In this document: positions 48,215-59,335 of the stretch, in pieces
How positions within the stretch are numbered: position 1 is the stretch's first letter
How the letters are laid out: each line of letters opens with the position of its first letter
Source: an uncultured virus (IMG/VR IMGVR_UViG_2061766007_000736)
Taxonomy: Duplodnaviria > Heunggongvirae > Uroviricota > Caudoviricetes
Length of the DNA: 64,000 bases
Virus record (IMG/VR): IMGVR_UViG_2061766007_000736
Strand: one strand, 5' to 3'
Notes under the pieces: generated by a model
What the model was told of the DNA's origin: nothing
Database searches by the model: none
What the model saw: the letters and a program-made list of their open reading frames with translations, nothing else
Program-made: the position numbers and the translations under genes

Positions 48215-49096
48215 NNNNNNNNNNNNNNNNNNNNNNNNNNNNNNNNNNNNNNNNNNNNNNNNNNNNNNNNNNNNNNNNNNNNNNNNNNNNNNNNNNNNNN
48301 NNNNNNNNNNNNNNNNNNNNNNNNNNNNNNNNNNNNNNNNNNNNNNNNNNNNNNNNNNNNNNNNNNNNNNNNNNNNNNNNNNNNNNNNNNNNNNNNNNNN
48401 NNNNNNNNNNNNNNNNNNNNNNNNNNNNNNNNNNNNNNNNNNNNNNNNNNNNNNNNNNNNNNNNNNNNNNNNNNNNNNNNNNNNNNNNNNNNNNNNNNNN
48501 NNNNNNNNNNNNNNNNNNNNNNNNNNNNNNNNNNNNNNNNNNNNNNNNNNNNNNNNNNNNNNNNNNNNNNNNNNNNNNNNNNNNNNNNNNNNNNNNNNNN
48601 NNNNNNNNNNNNNNNNNNNNNNNNNNNNNNNNNNNNNNNNNNNNNNNNNNNNNNNNNNNNNNNNNNNNNNNNNNNNNNNNNNNNNNNNNNNNNNNNNNNN
48701 NNNNNNNNNNNNNNNNNNNNNNNNNNNNNNNNNNNNNNNNNNNNNNNNNNNNNNNNNNNNNNNNNNNNNNNNNNNNNNNNNNNNNNNNNNNNNNNNNNNN
48801 NNNNNNNNNNNNNNNNNNNNNNNNNNNNNNNNNNNNNNNNNNNNNNNNNNNNNNNNNNNNNNNNNNNNNNNNNNNNNNNNNNNNNNNNNNNNNNNNNNNN
48901 NNNNNNNNNNNNNNNNNNNNNNNNNNNNNNNNNNNNNNNNNNNNNNNNNNNNNNNNNNNNNNNNNNNNNNNNNNNNNNNNNNNNNNNNNNNNNNNNNNNN
49001 NNNNNNNNNNNNNNNNNNNNNNNNNNNNNNNNNNNNNNNNNNNNNNNNNNNNNNNNNNNNNNNNNNNNNNNNNNNNNNNNNNNNNNNNNNNNNNNN

Positions 49097-49633
49097 GAAA
49101 AAGAATTAATAAATCATTTTCATTCAACGGAAGATACTTTTGGATATAATATTGCCTCTGGTGGAAAAAACTTTCATCACAGTGAATAGACAAAAAGAAA
49201 AATTGGAAAAGCCAATAGTATAGCTTTAAAAGGTAATCGTTGGTCTAAAGAACAACATGAATTAATGTCTAAAATTTTTTCTGGTGAAGGAAATCCTTTT
49301 TATGGAAAACACCATTCTGATGAAACAAAAAAGAAAATTTCTGATAGTTTAAAGGGAAAATATCAAGGTGAAAAACATCCATTTTATGGAAAGCACCATT
49401 CTAAAGAAAGTCTTCAAAAAATATCTAATAGCAGAAAAAGTAAGGGTGGTAAAAAAATTATTTGTTTAAATACTGGAGAAGTTTTTCCAACAATGATGGA
49501 TGCAGCTCGGTGGTGTGGATTATCGAATTCTTCATCTATTGGTCAAATTTGTAATCATACAGGACAAAGAAAAACCGCAGGAAAACATCCAATCACAAAA
49601 GAAAAATTAAAATGGGAGTTTTATAATGAATAA
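49097..49633 (+). CDS. NUMOD3-repeat homing endonuclease, probably GIY-YIG (5' part in gap)
   Basis: GYNIASGG followed by three HHSxExxxKI repeats and a KIICLNTGEVF NUMOD1-like end. Confidence 0.8.
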
Positions 49634-51539
49634 TATTCAAAATAAACATTTATATGATGAAAATAGTATACAGTCGTTATCACCATTGGCTTTTACACGA
49701 CTCCGACCAGGAGTCTATTGTGGTTCTACTGAATATTCAACTCAACTTTTAGTAGAAATTATTTCTAATGCTATTGATGAATTTAAAGCTGGGCATGGAA
49801 ATTTAATTGAAGTAAAAATTGATACAAAAGAAAATTCATATGCGGTAAGGGATTATGCTCAAGGGTTTTTAGTTAATTCAATTCGTGAAGATGGTAAAAC
49901 AATTCTTCAGGCTTCTTTTGATACATTAAATACTTCTGGAAAATTTTCAGATGATGGAGTATATGAAGGAACAGCTCTTGGTCTTAATGGAATTGGTTCT
50001 AAACTTACAAATTTTCTTTCACATAAGATGGAAGTTGAAACTTGGAGAGATGGACAAACTGAAAGTATCTTTTTTAATGAAGGAATTTTTGTTAATAGAT
50101 CCGTAGGGAAATCAAAAGAACCAAATGGAACTTATGTAAGATGGCAACCTTCAGAAGAATTCTTTACCCATCCAGAGGTTGATATAAATAAAGTAAAAGA
50201 ATTATTTCATATTCTTACTTGCTTATGTGTAGGACTGACTATTGAATTAACAATAGATGATAAAAAAGAAATTTTTACATCTAAACATGGATTAAATGAT
50301 TTAGTAGATGATGCAGTTGGAGATTCTGAAATTATCAACTCTCGTATGAATATGAATTTTGATGCAGGAAGAAATAAACTTGATATGGTTGTAACCTATA
50401 CATCAAAATATTCATTAAATATGATTTCATACGTTAACACAGGTGACACAGATGCGGGACCGCATATTACTCAAATTAAAACCATTTTAACCAGAGAATT
50501 TAATAAATTTTTTAAAGAAAAGAAATGGTTAAAAGAAAAAGATGAAAATTTAAGTGGCGATGATATTCAAGAAGGAATGTTTATTGCTTTTAATTTAACT
50601 GCACCTGGAGTTTCATATGATGCGCAAACAAAATCGCGTATTGTAAAAATTGATATGTCACCTTTTACAACTTCTATTGTAAATGCATTACATGATTGGT
50701 TTAATAAAAATGAAAAAGATATTAAAATAATTTTTGAAAAGGCGGCTGCTGCTCGTAAAGCGCGAGATGCTGCAAAAAAAGCAAGAGATAAAGCAAGAGA
50801 GCAGAATAAAAAGAAACAGAAAGCTCTTAAATTTGACAGTAAACTTGCAGATTGCTGGTCTAAAGATCGTATGAAATGTGAGATATATGTAACAGAGGGT
50901 AAGTCAGCCTCTGGTAACTTGAAGTTGGCTCGTAATAATGAATTTGTTGCGGTTATGCCTGTCCGCGGGAAAATTCTTAATGTAAGAAAAGCAACGCTTG
51001 ATAAAATTCAAAAAAATGCTGAAATTATGACGATGATTGATGCTTTTGGACTCACTGTTGACATGAAAACTATGAAACTGACTTATAATAAAGAAGATCT
51101 TCGTTATGGGAAAATCATAATCGAGTCCGATGCGGATGTTGATGGAAGTCACATTAAAAATCTATTCTATACCTTTATATGGACTTTCTGTCCACAATTA
51201 ATTCTTGATGGATATGTATATGCAGGAGTTCCCCCTCTCTATAAAATTACAGAAGGTAAAGATACTTACATCTATCTGAAAGATGATGCAGAACTTAAGA
51301 AATATAGAGCTAGTCATAAAGGAAAGAAGTATCTCGTTAATCGACTCAAAGGACTCGGAGAGATGTCACCAGATGAAACTTCAATTCTTGTAGATCCAGA
51401 TAAGCGAATTATTAAGCAAGTAACTGTAGAAGATATTGCGGCAGCTAATAAATTATTTGATGATTTGATGGGTACACAAATTATTCCTAGAAAAAGATTT
51501 ATTCAGCAGCATAGCGCGGAGGCAACGTATGGAAATTAA
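49626..51539 (+). CDS. gyrB: Type IIA topoisomerase subunit B (GyrB/ParE-like)
   Basis: RPGVYCGS, EIISNAIDE, GLNGIG, QTK, EGKSA, PVRGKILN, DADVDG, KGLGEM. Confidence 0.93.
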   Translation: MNNIQNKHLYDENSIQSLSPLAFTRLRPGVYCGSTEYSTQLLVEIISNAIDEFKAGHGNLIEVKIDTKENSYAVRDYAQGFLVNSIREDGKTILQASFDTLNTSGKFSDDGVYEGTALGLNGIGSKLTNFLSHKMEVETWRDGQTESIFFNEGIFVNRSVGKSKEPNGTYVRWQPSEEFFTHPEVDINKVKELFHILTCLCVGLTIELTIDDKKEIFTSKHGLNDLVDDAVGDSEIINSRMNMNFDAGRNKLDMVVTYTSKYSLNMISYVNTGDTDAGPHITQIKTILTREFNKFFKEKKWLKEKDENLSGDDIQEGMFIAFNLTAPGVSYDAQTKSRIVKIDMSPFTTSIVNALHDWFNKNEKDIKIIFEKAAAARKARDAAKKARDKAREQNKKKQKALKFDSKLADCWSKDRMKCEIYVTEGKSASGNLKLARNNEFVAVMPVRGKILNVRKATLDKIQKNAEIMTMIDAFGLTVDMKTMKLTYNKEDLRYGKIIIESDADVDGSHIKNLFYTFIWTFCPQLILDGYVYAGVPPLYKITEGKDTYIYLKDDAELKKYRASHKGKKYLVNRLKGLGEMSPDETSILVDPDKRIIKQVTVEDIAAANKLFDDLMGTQIIPRKRFIQQHSAEATYGN

Positions 51540-51906
51540 TGTATTAAATGAAATATATGATGCTTATAAGGGTTGTAAAGAAGAGGCTTCTTCAATGTGG
51601 AAAAGTGAATATTGCTGTAGTGCAAAAGAAGCAAAGCAAAGAGACATAGAAGATGAAGAAGATTTAAAATATTTTCAATCATTGCTTCAAAAAATAGACA
51701 ATAACATCTCTAATAAAGAAGAAAAAATTATAAAAATTTTAACAGATGAATTGTGTTATTGTTATTATGATAACTGTGAGTTTGGAAATTGGGACAAATA
51801 TCAAGATACAAGATGCGATGATTGTTATAGAAAATATCAAAATTGGCGGTTATCTGAAGAAACTGCAAAATCAATAGCAAAACAAATTATTAGGGAGTTT
51901 GAATAA
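51529..51906 (+). CDS. Hypothetical Cys-rich protein
   Basis: 125-aa ORF with GGAGG RBS, overlapping the gyrB end. Confidence 0.65.
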   Translation: MEINVLNEIYDAYKGCKEEASSMWKSEYCCSAKEAKQRDIEDEEDLKYFQSLLQKIDNNISNKEEKIIKILTDELCYCYYDNCEFGNWDKYQDTRCDDCYRKYQNWRLSEETAKSIAKQIIREFE

Positions 51907-51908
51907 AA

Positions 51909-52166
51909 ATGCAAAATGATTTAATATGTCCAAACTGTAATTCCCTACTTTATTGGAGTCTTGACGAATGGGGTAGAACACCATGGCATTTACATTGTGA
52001 TAAATGTTCTATTAATATTGGTGTAACTAAACAAAATAAAGCTATTGAATTAATTCAAAAATATCATAAACCAAACACTTGGATTGAATATTATAATAAT
52101 GAGATTAAAATATTATTTGAAAATAATAAACAAATAATATTTAAGGAGATAGATAATGCAAAGTGA
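51909..52166 (+). CDS. Hypothetical zinc-finger protein
   Basis: CPNC...CDKC. Confidence 0.6.
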   Translation: MQNDLICPNCNSLLYWSLDEWGRTPWHLHCDKCSINIGVTKQNKAIELIQKYHKPNTWIEYYNNEIKILFENNKQIIFKEIDNAK

Positions 52167-54456
52167 TTTAATAAAAGAATTAAGTACAAACTTTATTGAA
52201 TATGCCGCATCTGTTAATTCAGACAGAGCAATACCAAATGCTACTGACGGTCTTAAACCAGTTGCTAAAAGAATTCTTTATGGAGCTTTTACAGGAGGAA
52301 GGACTAGTAATAAACCTCATGTAAAGTGTGCGAAGATTGTCGGAGATGTAATGGGATCCTATCATCCTCATGGCGATTCATCTATATATAGTGCATTAGT
52401 TCGTCTTGCCCAAGACTGGGTAATGCGTTATCCTCTTATTGATTTTCACGGCAATGTTGGCAATCAGGCTGGAGATGAACCTGCCGCATCTCGTTATACA
52501 GAAGCAAGACTTTCTAAATTAACAGAAGAAGGTATGCTTCAAGGGTTAAAGAAAAATAATGTTGATTTCATTCCTAATTATGATGAAACAACAGAAGAAC
52601 CTATAGAGCTACCAAGTATTTTTCCAAATCTTCTTTGTAATCCCAATAGTGGTATTGGTGTTGCTATGGCTTGCTCTTGGGCGCCTCATAATCTTGGGGA
52701 AGTGGCCGCGGCGATTAATCAATATTTAATTGGTGAAGAACCAATGCTGCCGGGTCCAGATTTTCCAACAGGAGGAGTTATTATCAACTCAAAAGACATT
52801 CCTGTAATTATGCGGACTGGACATGGTAGTGTAAAAATTCGTAGTAAATATGAAATTGATAAGCAAAAAATCGTATTTACAGAAATCCCCTATGGGACAA
52901 CTATTGAAGGGTTAATGACAGAAATTGGTAAAATTTCTGATGATAAAGAAATTGAAGGAATTGATAATATTCGTGACGAATCTAATAAAAAAGGTATTAG
53001 AATTGTTATTGAATGTGATAAAGGCATTAATCCAGCAAATATTGTAAATAAATTATTTGCAAAAACAAATTTACAGAGTTCATTTAGCTATAATCAAGTT
53101 GCTCTTGTTAATAAGGTGCCAACTGAATTAAATCTTAAAAATTGTATTAAAATTTATGTTGACCATAATATTGATTGTATTGTAAGAGAGACTAAATTTG
53201 ATTTAAATAAAGCTATTGATAGACTTGAAATTGTTAATGGTTTGTTGCGGGCGCTTGAGGATATTGACAACATCATAACCCTGATTAAGAGTTCTGAAAA
53301 TGCGACTGCCGCAAAGGAAAAATTAATTGCAAAATATCAGTTTACAGAAAATCAAGCTAAGGCAATTTTAGCTATGCGTCTGTCTTCTCTTGCTAGACTT
53401 GAAAAGATAGAATTAGAGAAGGAAGCAAAAGAATTAGAAAATAAAATTGCAGATTTAAAAGATATTTTAACAAATGAAGAAAGGCAAAAAGGTATTCTTA
53501 AATCTCGCCTTTCTGATATTGTAAAGAAATATGGAGACGCCCGCCGCACAGAATTAACTCAGATTGATATTAAACCAGAAGATAAGGTAATTGAAGAAGT
53601 CATTCCAGAAGATTGCGTTGTAATTCTCTCTCAGGGTGGAAGTATTAAAAGAGTTCCGCAAAAATCTTTTAAGGTTCAGCGCAGAAATAGTAAAGGCGTA
53701 AAAACAAAAGATGATATTGTAATGTCTACTATTTCAACTAACACTATTGATAATTTACTTTTATTTACTAAAAAAGGTAAAATGTTTAAAATCATAGTTG
53801 ATGAAGTGCCAGTTGGAACTAATGCTTCAAAAGGAGTCCATGTGGGAACATTAATTAATATGGACCAGGATGATGAAGTAATTGCAATCACTTCTCTCGC
53901 AAGAAGCAATACAGCAAAATATGTAGTATTCTTTACTAAAAAAGGTTTAATGAAAAAGACCTATTTAGAGGAATATACAAAAGTAAAACGTAGTACAGGT
54001 ATTGCGGCAATTAAAATTAATGATGGTGATTCTATTGCTAATGTAGAATTTATTAATGAAGAAGATATTCTCGTAATTACTAAAAATGGAATGTCTATTC
54101 ATTTTGAAAGTAAACTTGTAAATCCCATTGGAAGAATTGCAGCAGGTGTAAAAACTATTAAACTTGATGACGATGATGAAGTCGTAGTTGGTATCCCGAT
54201 TAAAGCTGATGATAATATTGCAATCTTTTCAACAAAAGGATATGGAAAAAAGACTTCTGTAAAAGAATTTACAGTACAAGGACGCGGCGGCAAGGGCCTT
54301 ATGATTTATAGACCAAGCACTGTTTACGGTGAAATAGCTGGAGCGGCAGTTGTATCTAATGATGATACTATTTTACTCACAGGTCAGCCTAATTCTATAT
54401 GCATTGCTGCATCAGATTTACCTTCATTAACCAGAACCAGTTTTGGTAATATTATG
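52156..54456 (+). CDS. gyrA: Type IIA topoisomerase subunit A (GyrA/ParC-like; 3' end in gap)
   Basis: DGLKPV, YHPHGDSS, AASRYTE active-site Tyr, GPDFPTGG, C-terminal pinwheel repeats. Confidence 0.93.
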
Positions 54457-54693
54457 NNNNNNNNNNNNNNNNNNNNNNNNNNNNNNNNNNNNNNNNNNNN
54501 NNNNNNNNNNNNNNNNNNNNNNNNNNNNNNNNNNNNNNNNNNNNNNNNNNNNNNNNNNNNNNNNNNNNNNNNNNNNNNNNNNNNNNNNNNNNNNNNNNNN
54601 NNNNNNNNNNNNNNNNNNNNNNNNNNNNNNNNNNNNNNNNNNNNNNNNNNNNNNNNNNNNNNNNNNNNNNNNNNNNNNNNNNNNNNNNNNNNN

Positions 54694-54853
54694 NGTTGAA
54701 CATAATTATATGGATGATGTTGCTATTACATATGCCAAAACCAAAGAAGAAGCCATGGAAAAGTTCAAAGAATTTTATAATGATGTAAATAGTAAAAATG
54801 TATCTGAACCATATTTCAATTATGGTGGAGTTGCGATACTTACTGATTACTAA
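54694..54853 (+). CDS. Hypothetical protein, partial
   Basis: VEHNYMDDVAITYAKTKEEA...ILTDY then TAA. 5' end in gap. Confidence 0.45.
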
Positions 54854-54893
54854 TAGAAANNNNNNNNNNNNNNNNNNNNNNNGAGGAGAAAAA

Positions 54894-55211
54894 ATGTTTA
54901 AAAAAATTAGTCAAAAAATATTAGCCTATAAATACGAAAAAGCTAAAAATATTTATATAGTTGGTTGTTGGGCGCGATGGGGTGTGCTTCCCGCAAAATT
55001 TAGCGGAAAATTTGATAAAGAAGGAAATCCATTAACAATTTATTATACAGATTGTAATGGTACCCAAGACCTCTATTATATTCATGAATGGTATAAAGAA
55101 ACCACAGGGTCTACCATAGCTTATTTTTTTAATGAAGACCAAGCAGAAACTTTAGCAAGATATTTAAATGAAAAGGAGAATAAATGGAAGAGTGGACTAT
55201 TAGAAGTTTAA
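54894..55211 (+). CDS. Hypothetical protein
   Basis: GAGGAG RBS, MFKKISQK... Confidence 0.6.
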   Translation: MFKKISQKILAYKYEKAKNIYIVGCWARWGVLPAKFSGKFDKEGNPLTIYYTDCNGTQDLYYIHEWYKETTGSTIAYFFNEDQAETLARYLNEKENKWKSGLLEV

Positions 55212-56323
55212 TAGATGAATTAAATAGATTAACAGAACTTTATGACAAAGGGACTCCAGAAGTTTCAGATGAATATTGGGACAATCTTTATTTTAAACTA
55301 AAACAGATGGAGGAAGAAACTGGTCTTATTTATCCAGACTCGCCAACACAAAGTATTCATTTTGAGAAAGTTTCTGAATTAAAAAAAGTTAAACATAATC
55401 ATCCAATGCTTTCTCTTGATAAAACTAAAAATCTTGATGATATAAAATCATTTATTAAAGGATATAGCTGGATTTCTATGGCAAAATTAGATGGATTAAC
55501 TTGTTCATTAAAATATGTTAATGGTGAGTTAGTTTCTGCTGAAACAAGAGGAAATGGCATCGAAGGTGAGGATATTACTCATAATGCAAAAGTTATTTCG
55601 TCAATCCCTCAAAAAATTAATTATATAAATGAATTAGTTGTAGATGGTGAAATTATTTGCACATATGAGGATTTTGAGCAATTTGAGACTTTATATAAAA
55701 ATCCTAGAAATTTTGCAAGCGGAAGTATAAGGCTACTTGATTCACAAGAATGTGCAAGAAGACATCTTACATTTGTTGCTTGGGATTTCTTTTGTAATAG
55801 TCAAATTTATGAACAATATTTTTATAATGAATATCTTAATTGGCCTCATAATATTCAAAAAACACTTTCTTTAAAACTTCAAATTTTAGGAGATTTAGGA
55901 TTTACTGTTGTTCCCAATTTAACAGATTGTGATGTGGATTCGGTCGATAGGGCGGTTTCTATTATTAAAGAAAATTGCGTTTATCCCATTGATGGAATTG
56001 TTTTTAAATATGATGATGTTGATGATTATGCGGCGGCTGGCCGCACAGATCATCATTTTAAAGGCGGTTTAGCATATAAGTTTTATGATGAAACTTATGA
56101 AACTAATTTAAAAAATATTGAATGGACAATGGGGAGGACAGGAGTTCTTACTCCAGTAGCAGTATTTGATCCTATTAATATTGATGGTTCAACAATAGAA
56201 AGAGCCTCTCTTCATAATATAAGTATTATGAAAGAACTATTAGGAACTCCATATATAGGACAAAAAATTCAAGNNNNNNNNNNNNNNNNNNNNNNNNNNN
56301 NTGCAGAAAAAATTCCACAATAA
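55184..56323 (+). CDS. ligA: NAD-dependent DNA ligase, N-terminal part (adenylation + OB)
   Basis: HPMLSLDK, KLDG, TRGNG, NPRN, DGIVFK, AYKF, GRTG, ASLHN. Ends at TAA 56321. Confidence 0.9.
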   Translation: MEEWTIRSLIDELNRLTELYDKGTPEVSDEYWDNLYFKLKQMEEETGLIYPDSPTQSIHFEKVSELKKVKHNHPMLSLDKTKNLDDIKSFIKGYSWISMAKLDGLTCSLKYVNGELVSAETRGNGIEGEDITHNAKVISSIPQKINYINELVVDGEIICTYEDFEQFETLYKNPRNFASGSIRLLDSQECARRHLTFVAWDFFCNSQIYEQYFYNEYLNWPHNIQKTLSLKLQILGDLGFTVVPNLTDCDVDSVDRAVSIIKENCVYPIDGIVFKYDDVDDYAAAGRTDHHFKGGLAYKFYDETYETNLKNIEWTMGRTGVLTPVAVFDPINIDGSTIERASLHNISIMKELLGTPYIGQKIQXXXXXXXXXXAEKIPQ

Positions 56324-56364
56324 TGGTCAGATTCTTTTAATTTAAAGTTTTTATTTTTTATATT
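56324..56364 (+). promoter_or_regulatory. Phage-specific promoter-like motif (copy 3)
   Basis: TGGTCA-N8-TAA-N14-TTTTTATATT, directly after the ligase-N stop and upstream of the endonuclease. Confidence 0.55.
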
Positions 56365-56407
56365 ATAATGAAAAATAGAAACTTTAAATTCAAGGAGAAG
56401 AAATTAT

Positions 56408-57136
56408 ATGGCAAAAACACAAGATTTAACAGGGATGAGTTTTGGAAGATGGAAAGTTTTAAATTTAGCATTTAGAAAAAATGGAAAAATATATTGGCAT
56501 TGTCAATGCCAATGTGATAAAAAAACAGAAAAAGATATTCAAGGACAACATTTAAAAGAAGGACGCTCTAAAAGTTGCGGTTGTTTAAGAAAAGAACTTA
56601 TCTCTTAGAAAACTAAAATTAATATGATAGGACAAAAATTTGGACATTTGATTGTTATTGCTTAGGCAAAAAGCAGTAAAGATAGACATGCTCAATGGCT
56701 TTGTCAATGTGATTGTGGAAATCAAAAAATTATTTTAGGAAAAAGTTTAAGAAATGGTAGCACTCAATCATGCGGATGCTTAAAATCAAAAGGTGAAGAA
56801 AAAATTATAAAACTTTTGAAAGAAAATAATATTTCTTTTTAGACAGAAAAAAGTTTTAATAATTGTAGATATACTGATACTAATTTTAAAGCAAAATTTG
56901 ATTTTTGGGTTAATAACTAGTATATTATCGAATATGATGGAAAACAGCATTTTGGAATTGGAGGATGGAATGATGAAAATAATTTTAAAATTATTCAATA
57001 GCATGATTATTTTAAACAAGCATGGTGTAAAGAAAATAATATTCCATTGATTCGTATTCCATATACTCATTTATCTTCTCTTTCTATAAAAGATTTATTA
57101 TTAGAAACATCTCAATTTAAGGTATAGGAGGTATAA
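56408..57136 (+). CDS. Putative homing endonuclease: Cys repeats + Vsr/DUF559-like nuclease (TAG read-through)
   Basis: WHCQCQC/WLCQCDCG, SCGC twice, FDF..IEYDGKQH..HD..LIRIPY. 243 codons to TAA. Confidence 0.8.
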
Positions 57137-57141
57137 TTATT

Positions 57142-57978
57142 ATGTATAAATTTTTAGAAATTCCAAAAATATGTCCATATTGTAATCAACCTACTGAAAT
57201 AATTATTTCAGAAGCAAATGTAGAAAAATTATTTTGTACAAATCCAAACTGTAATGCTAAATTGATTAATCGTTTAGAAAATTTTGCAGGTAAAAAAGGT
57301 CTTGATATAAAAGGACTTTCAAAAGCAACTTTTGAAAAACTTATTGATTGGGGTTGGATAAATAATATCGAAGATATTTTTAATCTTTATACCCATAAGA
57401 ATGAATGGATTAATAAGCCAGGCTTTGGTGTAAAATCTGTTGATAAAATACTTAAATCAATAGAAGAACATAAACATACAACACTTGATGCCTTTATATC
57501 TTCTATTGGTATTCCTTTTATTGGTAAAACAGCGGCAAGGGATTTAAGCAATTATTTTGAAACTTATGAAGATTTCCGTAATGCTATAAAAGATAATAAT
57601 TATCATTTTTATGATTTAGATAATTTTGGCGTAGAAATGGATAATAGTTTAAAAATTTTTAATTATGCGGAAGCTGATAGAATTTCTAAATTTTTAATTA
57701 TTGATGCCCCTGTTGTTAACAACGATTTAATAAAAAATAATCTTGTGGGAAAAACTATTGTCATTACAGGAAAACTTACAAAATTTAAGAATAGAGACGA
57801 ATTAAAAGCCGCCATTGAAAAACATGGTGGTAAAGTATCAAGTTCTATTTCAAAGAAAACTTTTTTACTTATTAACAATGATTTTGAAAGTCAGTCATCA
57901 AAGAATAAAACTGCAAAAAGCTATGGAATACCAATTATCACAGAACTCGATTTTATGACACAATATCTTGAAAATTAA
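57142..57978 (+). CDS. ligA: NAD-dependent DNA ligase, C-terminal part (Zn finger, HhH, BRCT)
   Basis: Own GGAGGT RBS. CPYC..CTNPNC, LDIKGLS, GFGVKS, GIPFIG, GKTIVITGKL BRCT. Confidence 0.9.
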   Translation: MYKFLEIPKICPYCNQPTEIIISEANVEKLFCTNPNCNAKLINRLENFAGKKGLDIKGLSKATFEKLIDWGWINNIEDIFNLYTHKNEWINKPGFGVKSVDKILKSIEEHKHTTLDAFISSIGIPFIGKTAARDLSNYFETYEDFRNAIKDNNYHFYDLDNFGVEMDNSLKIFNYAEADRISKFLIIDAPVVNNDLIKNNLVGKTIVITGKLTKFKNRDELKAAIEKHGGKVSSSISKKTFLLINNDFESQSSKNKTAKSYGIPIITELDFMTQYLEN

Positions 57979-57996
57979 AAAAATTTTTGTTATTAT
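57968..57996 (+). promoter_or_regulatory. Sigma70/SigA-type promoter
   Basis: TTGAAA-17bp-TATTAT with the same AAAAATTTTT spacer as at 25078 and 61584. Confidence 0.55.
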
Positions 57997-58065
57997 AAAT
58001 ATAGATGAAAAAGATAAATCATCTAGTAAGTATATAGATTAATTTTAAATTATAAGGAGAAAAAA

Positions 58066-58347
58066 ATGAAACAAAATAGTATTGATGTTTTTAATTATGT
58101 GAAAAACCATGCTGACTAGAATCTAACAGCTAATGATATTGCAGAAGGACTAGGTTTATCACCAAGATCTGTAAATGCAATTATTACTTCTGTTTTTGTT
58201 CGTCATAAGGACGAAGATAAAAATGTTATTCCTCTCATGGAAAGAGTACCCGCAGAAGTATTTGATGATGTAACTGGATTCCATAAAGCTGTAAAGTTCA
58301 TCAAACTGACAGATGATGGCGAAGTTTTTGAACCCGTTATTGACTAA
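58066..58347 (+). CDS. Winged-helix DNA-binding protein (1 TAG; absent from ORF track)
   Basis: AAGGAG RBS. NHAD*NLTANDIAEGLGLSPRSVNAII...KFIKLTDDG, 94 codons. Confidence 0.75.
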
Positions 58348-58361
58348 GCACATTTTACGAA

Positions 58362-58396
58362 AGAGGATTGGATTTTAAAATCTAATCCTTCTTTTT
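58362..58396 (+). terminator. Intrinsic terminator
   Basis: AGGATTGGATTT-TA-AAATCTAATCCT followed by TCTTTTT. Confidence 0.65.
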
Positions 58397-58410
58397 GTAT
58401 AAGGAGAAAA

Positions 58411-59335
58411 ATGGTTCCAATAATTTTTAGTATTATATTTTTAATATGCGGTGGTATACTCTATTATAAGGCCCACCGCATAAAAATTGAAAAAAATATA
58501 TAGCAATAGCAGTATAATAAAGAATTATTTGAATATAAAACCAATTTAGAACAAGAAGTTGAAAGAGTTCAACAGAGAAAGAATGATGAACAACTTTTAG
58601 TTCAGCAAATTTTAGAGCTTAAAAAACAAAGAAAATAGGAATTAGAAAATGATTTTTAGAAAGAACAAAATCTAATTCAATTAAAACTTCAAAAAGCGCA
58701 AGATAATTGTGACCGCTAGATTGNNNNNNNNNNNNNNNNNNAAAATAAGATAGTCTGCTCGCGAGTAGGCTAAACAAATACAAGAAGATATTAATAAATT
58801 AAAAAATTCTTTAAGTGCCAGTGTCGAAGCACGTCTCCGCGAACAAGAGAAAAAAGAAAAAATTAATTTTTATAAGTTATCTATCACTGATGCGGATTTA
58901 GCAGATGTTAAAATGTTAGAAAACTTAAAAGTATCTTTTCATAAACCTGTTGTTTTAAGTAAACTTATTTGGACTCAATATTTTCAAAAGCAAATGACAG
59001 AATTATGCGATAGGGTTTTGGGAAAGAATGTAATTTGTGGAATTTATAAAATTACTAATTTATTAACTGAACAATGTTATATTGGACAAAGTGTTAATAT
59101 TGCAGATAGATGGAAGCAACATTGTAAATGCGGTTTAGGTATTTAGGCATCTGCAACAAATGTTTTATATAATGCTATGCAGCGAGATAAAATTTGGAAT
59201 TTTTCTTTTGAATTACTGGAGGAGTGTCCAAGAGAATTATTAAATGAGAAAGAGCGTTTTTGGATAAATATGTATCAAAGTAATAACTATGGTTATAATA
59301 GTAACGCAGGAGTAAAGAGTGCCAGCAAAAATTAA
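58411..59335 (+). CDS. TM + coiled-coil + GIY-YIG nuclease-domain protein (TAG read-through)
   Basis: N-terminal TM segment, long coiled coil, CGIYKITN..CYIGQS..RWKQH..E..WI..GYN. One gap. Confidence 0.8.

Noticed and set aside
56324..57141. Group I intron or intein in the DNA ligase
   Set aside because: No guide sequence, P7-like pairing or intein termini seen. The non-coding flanks are too short and the second half has its own RBS.
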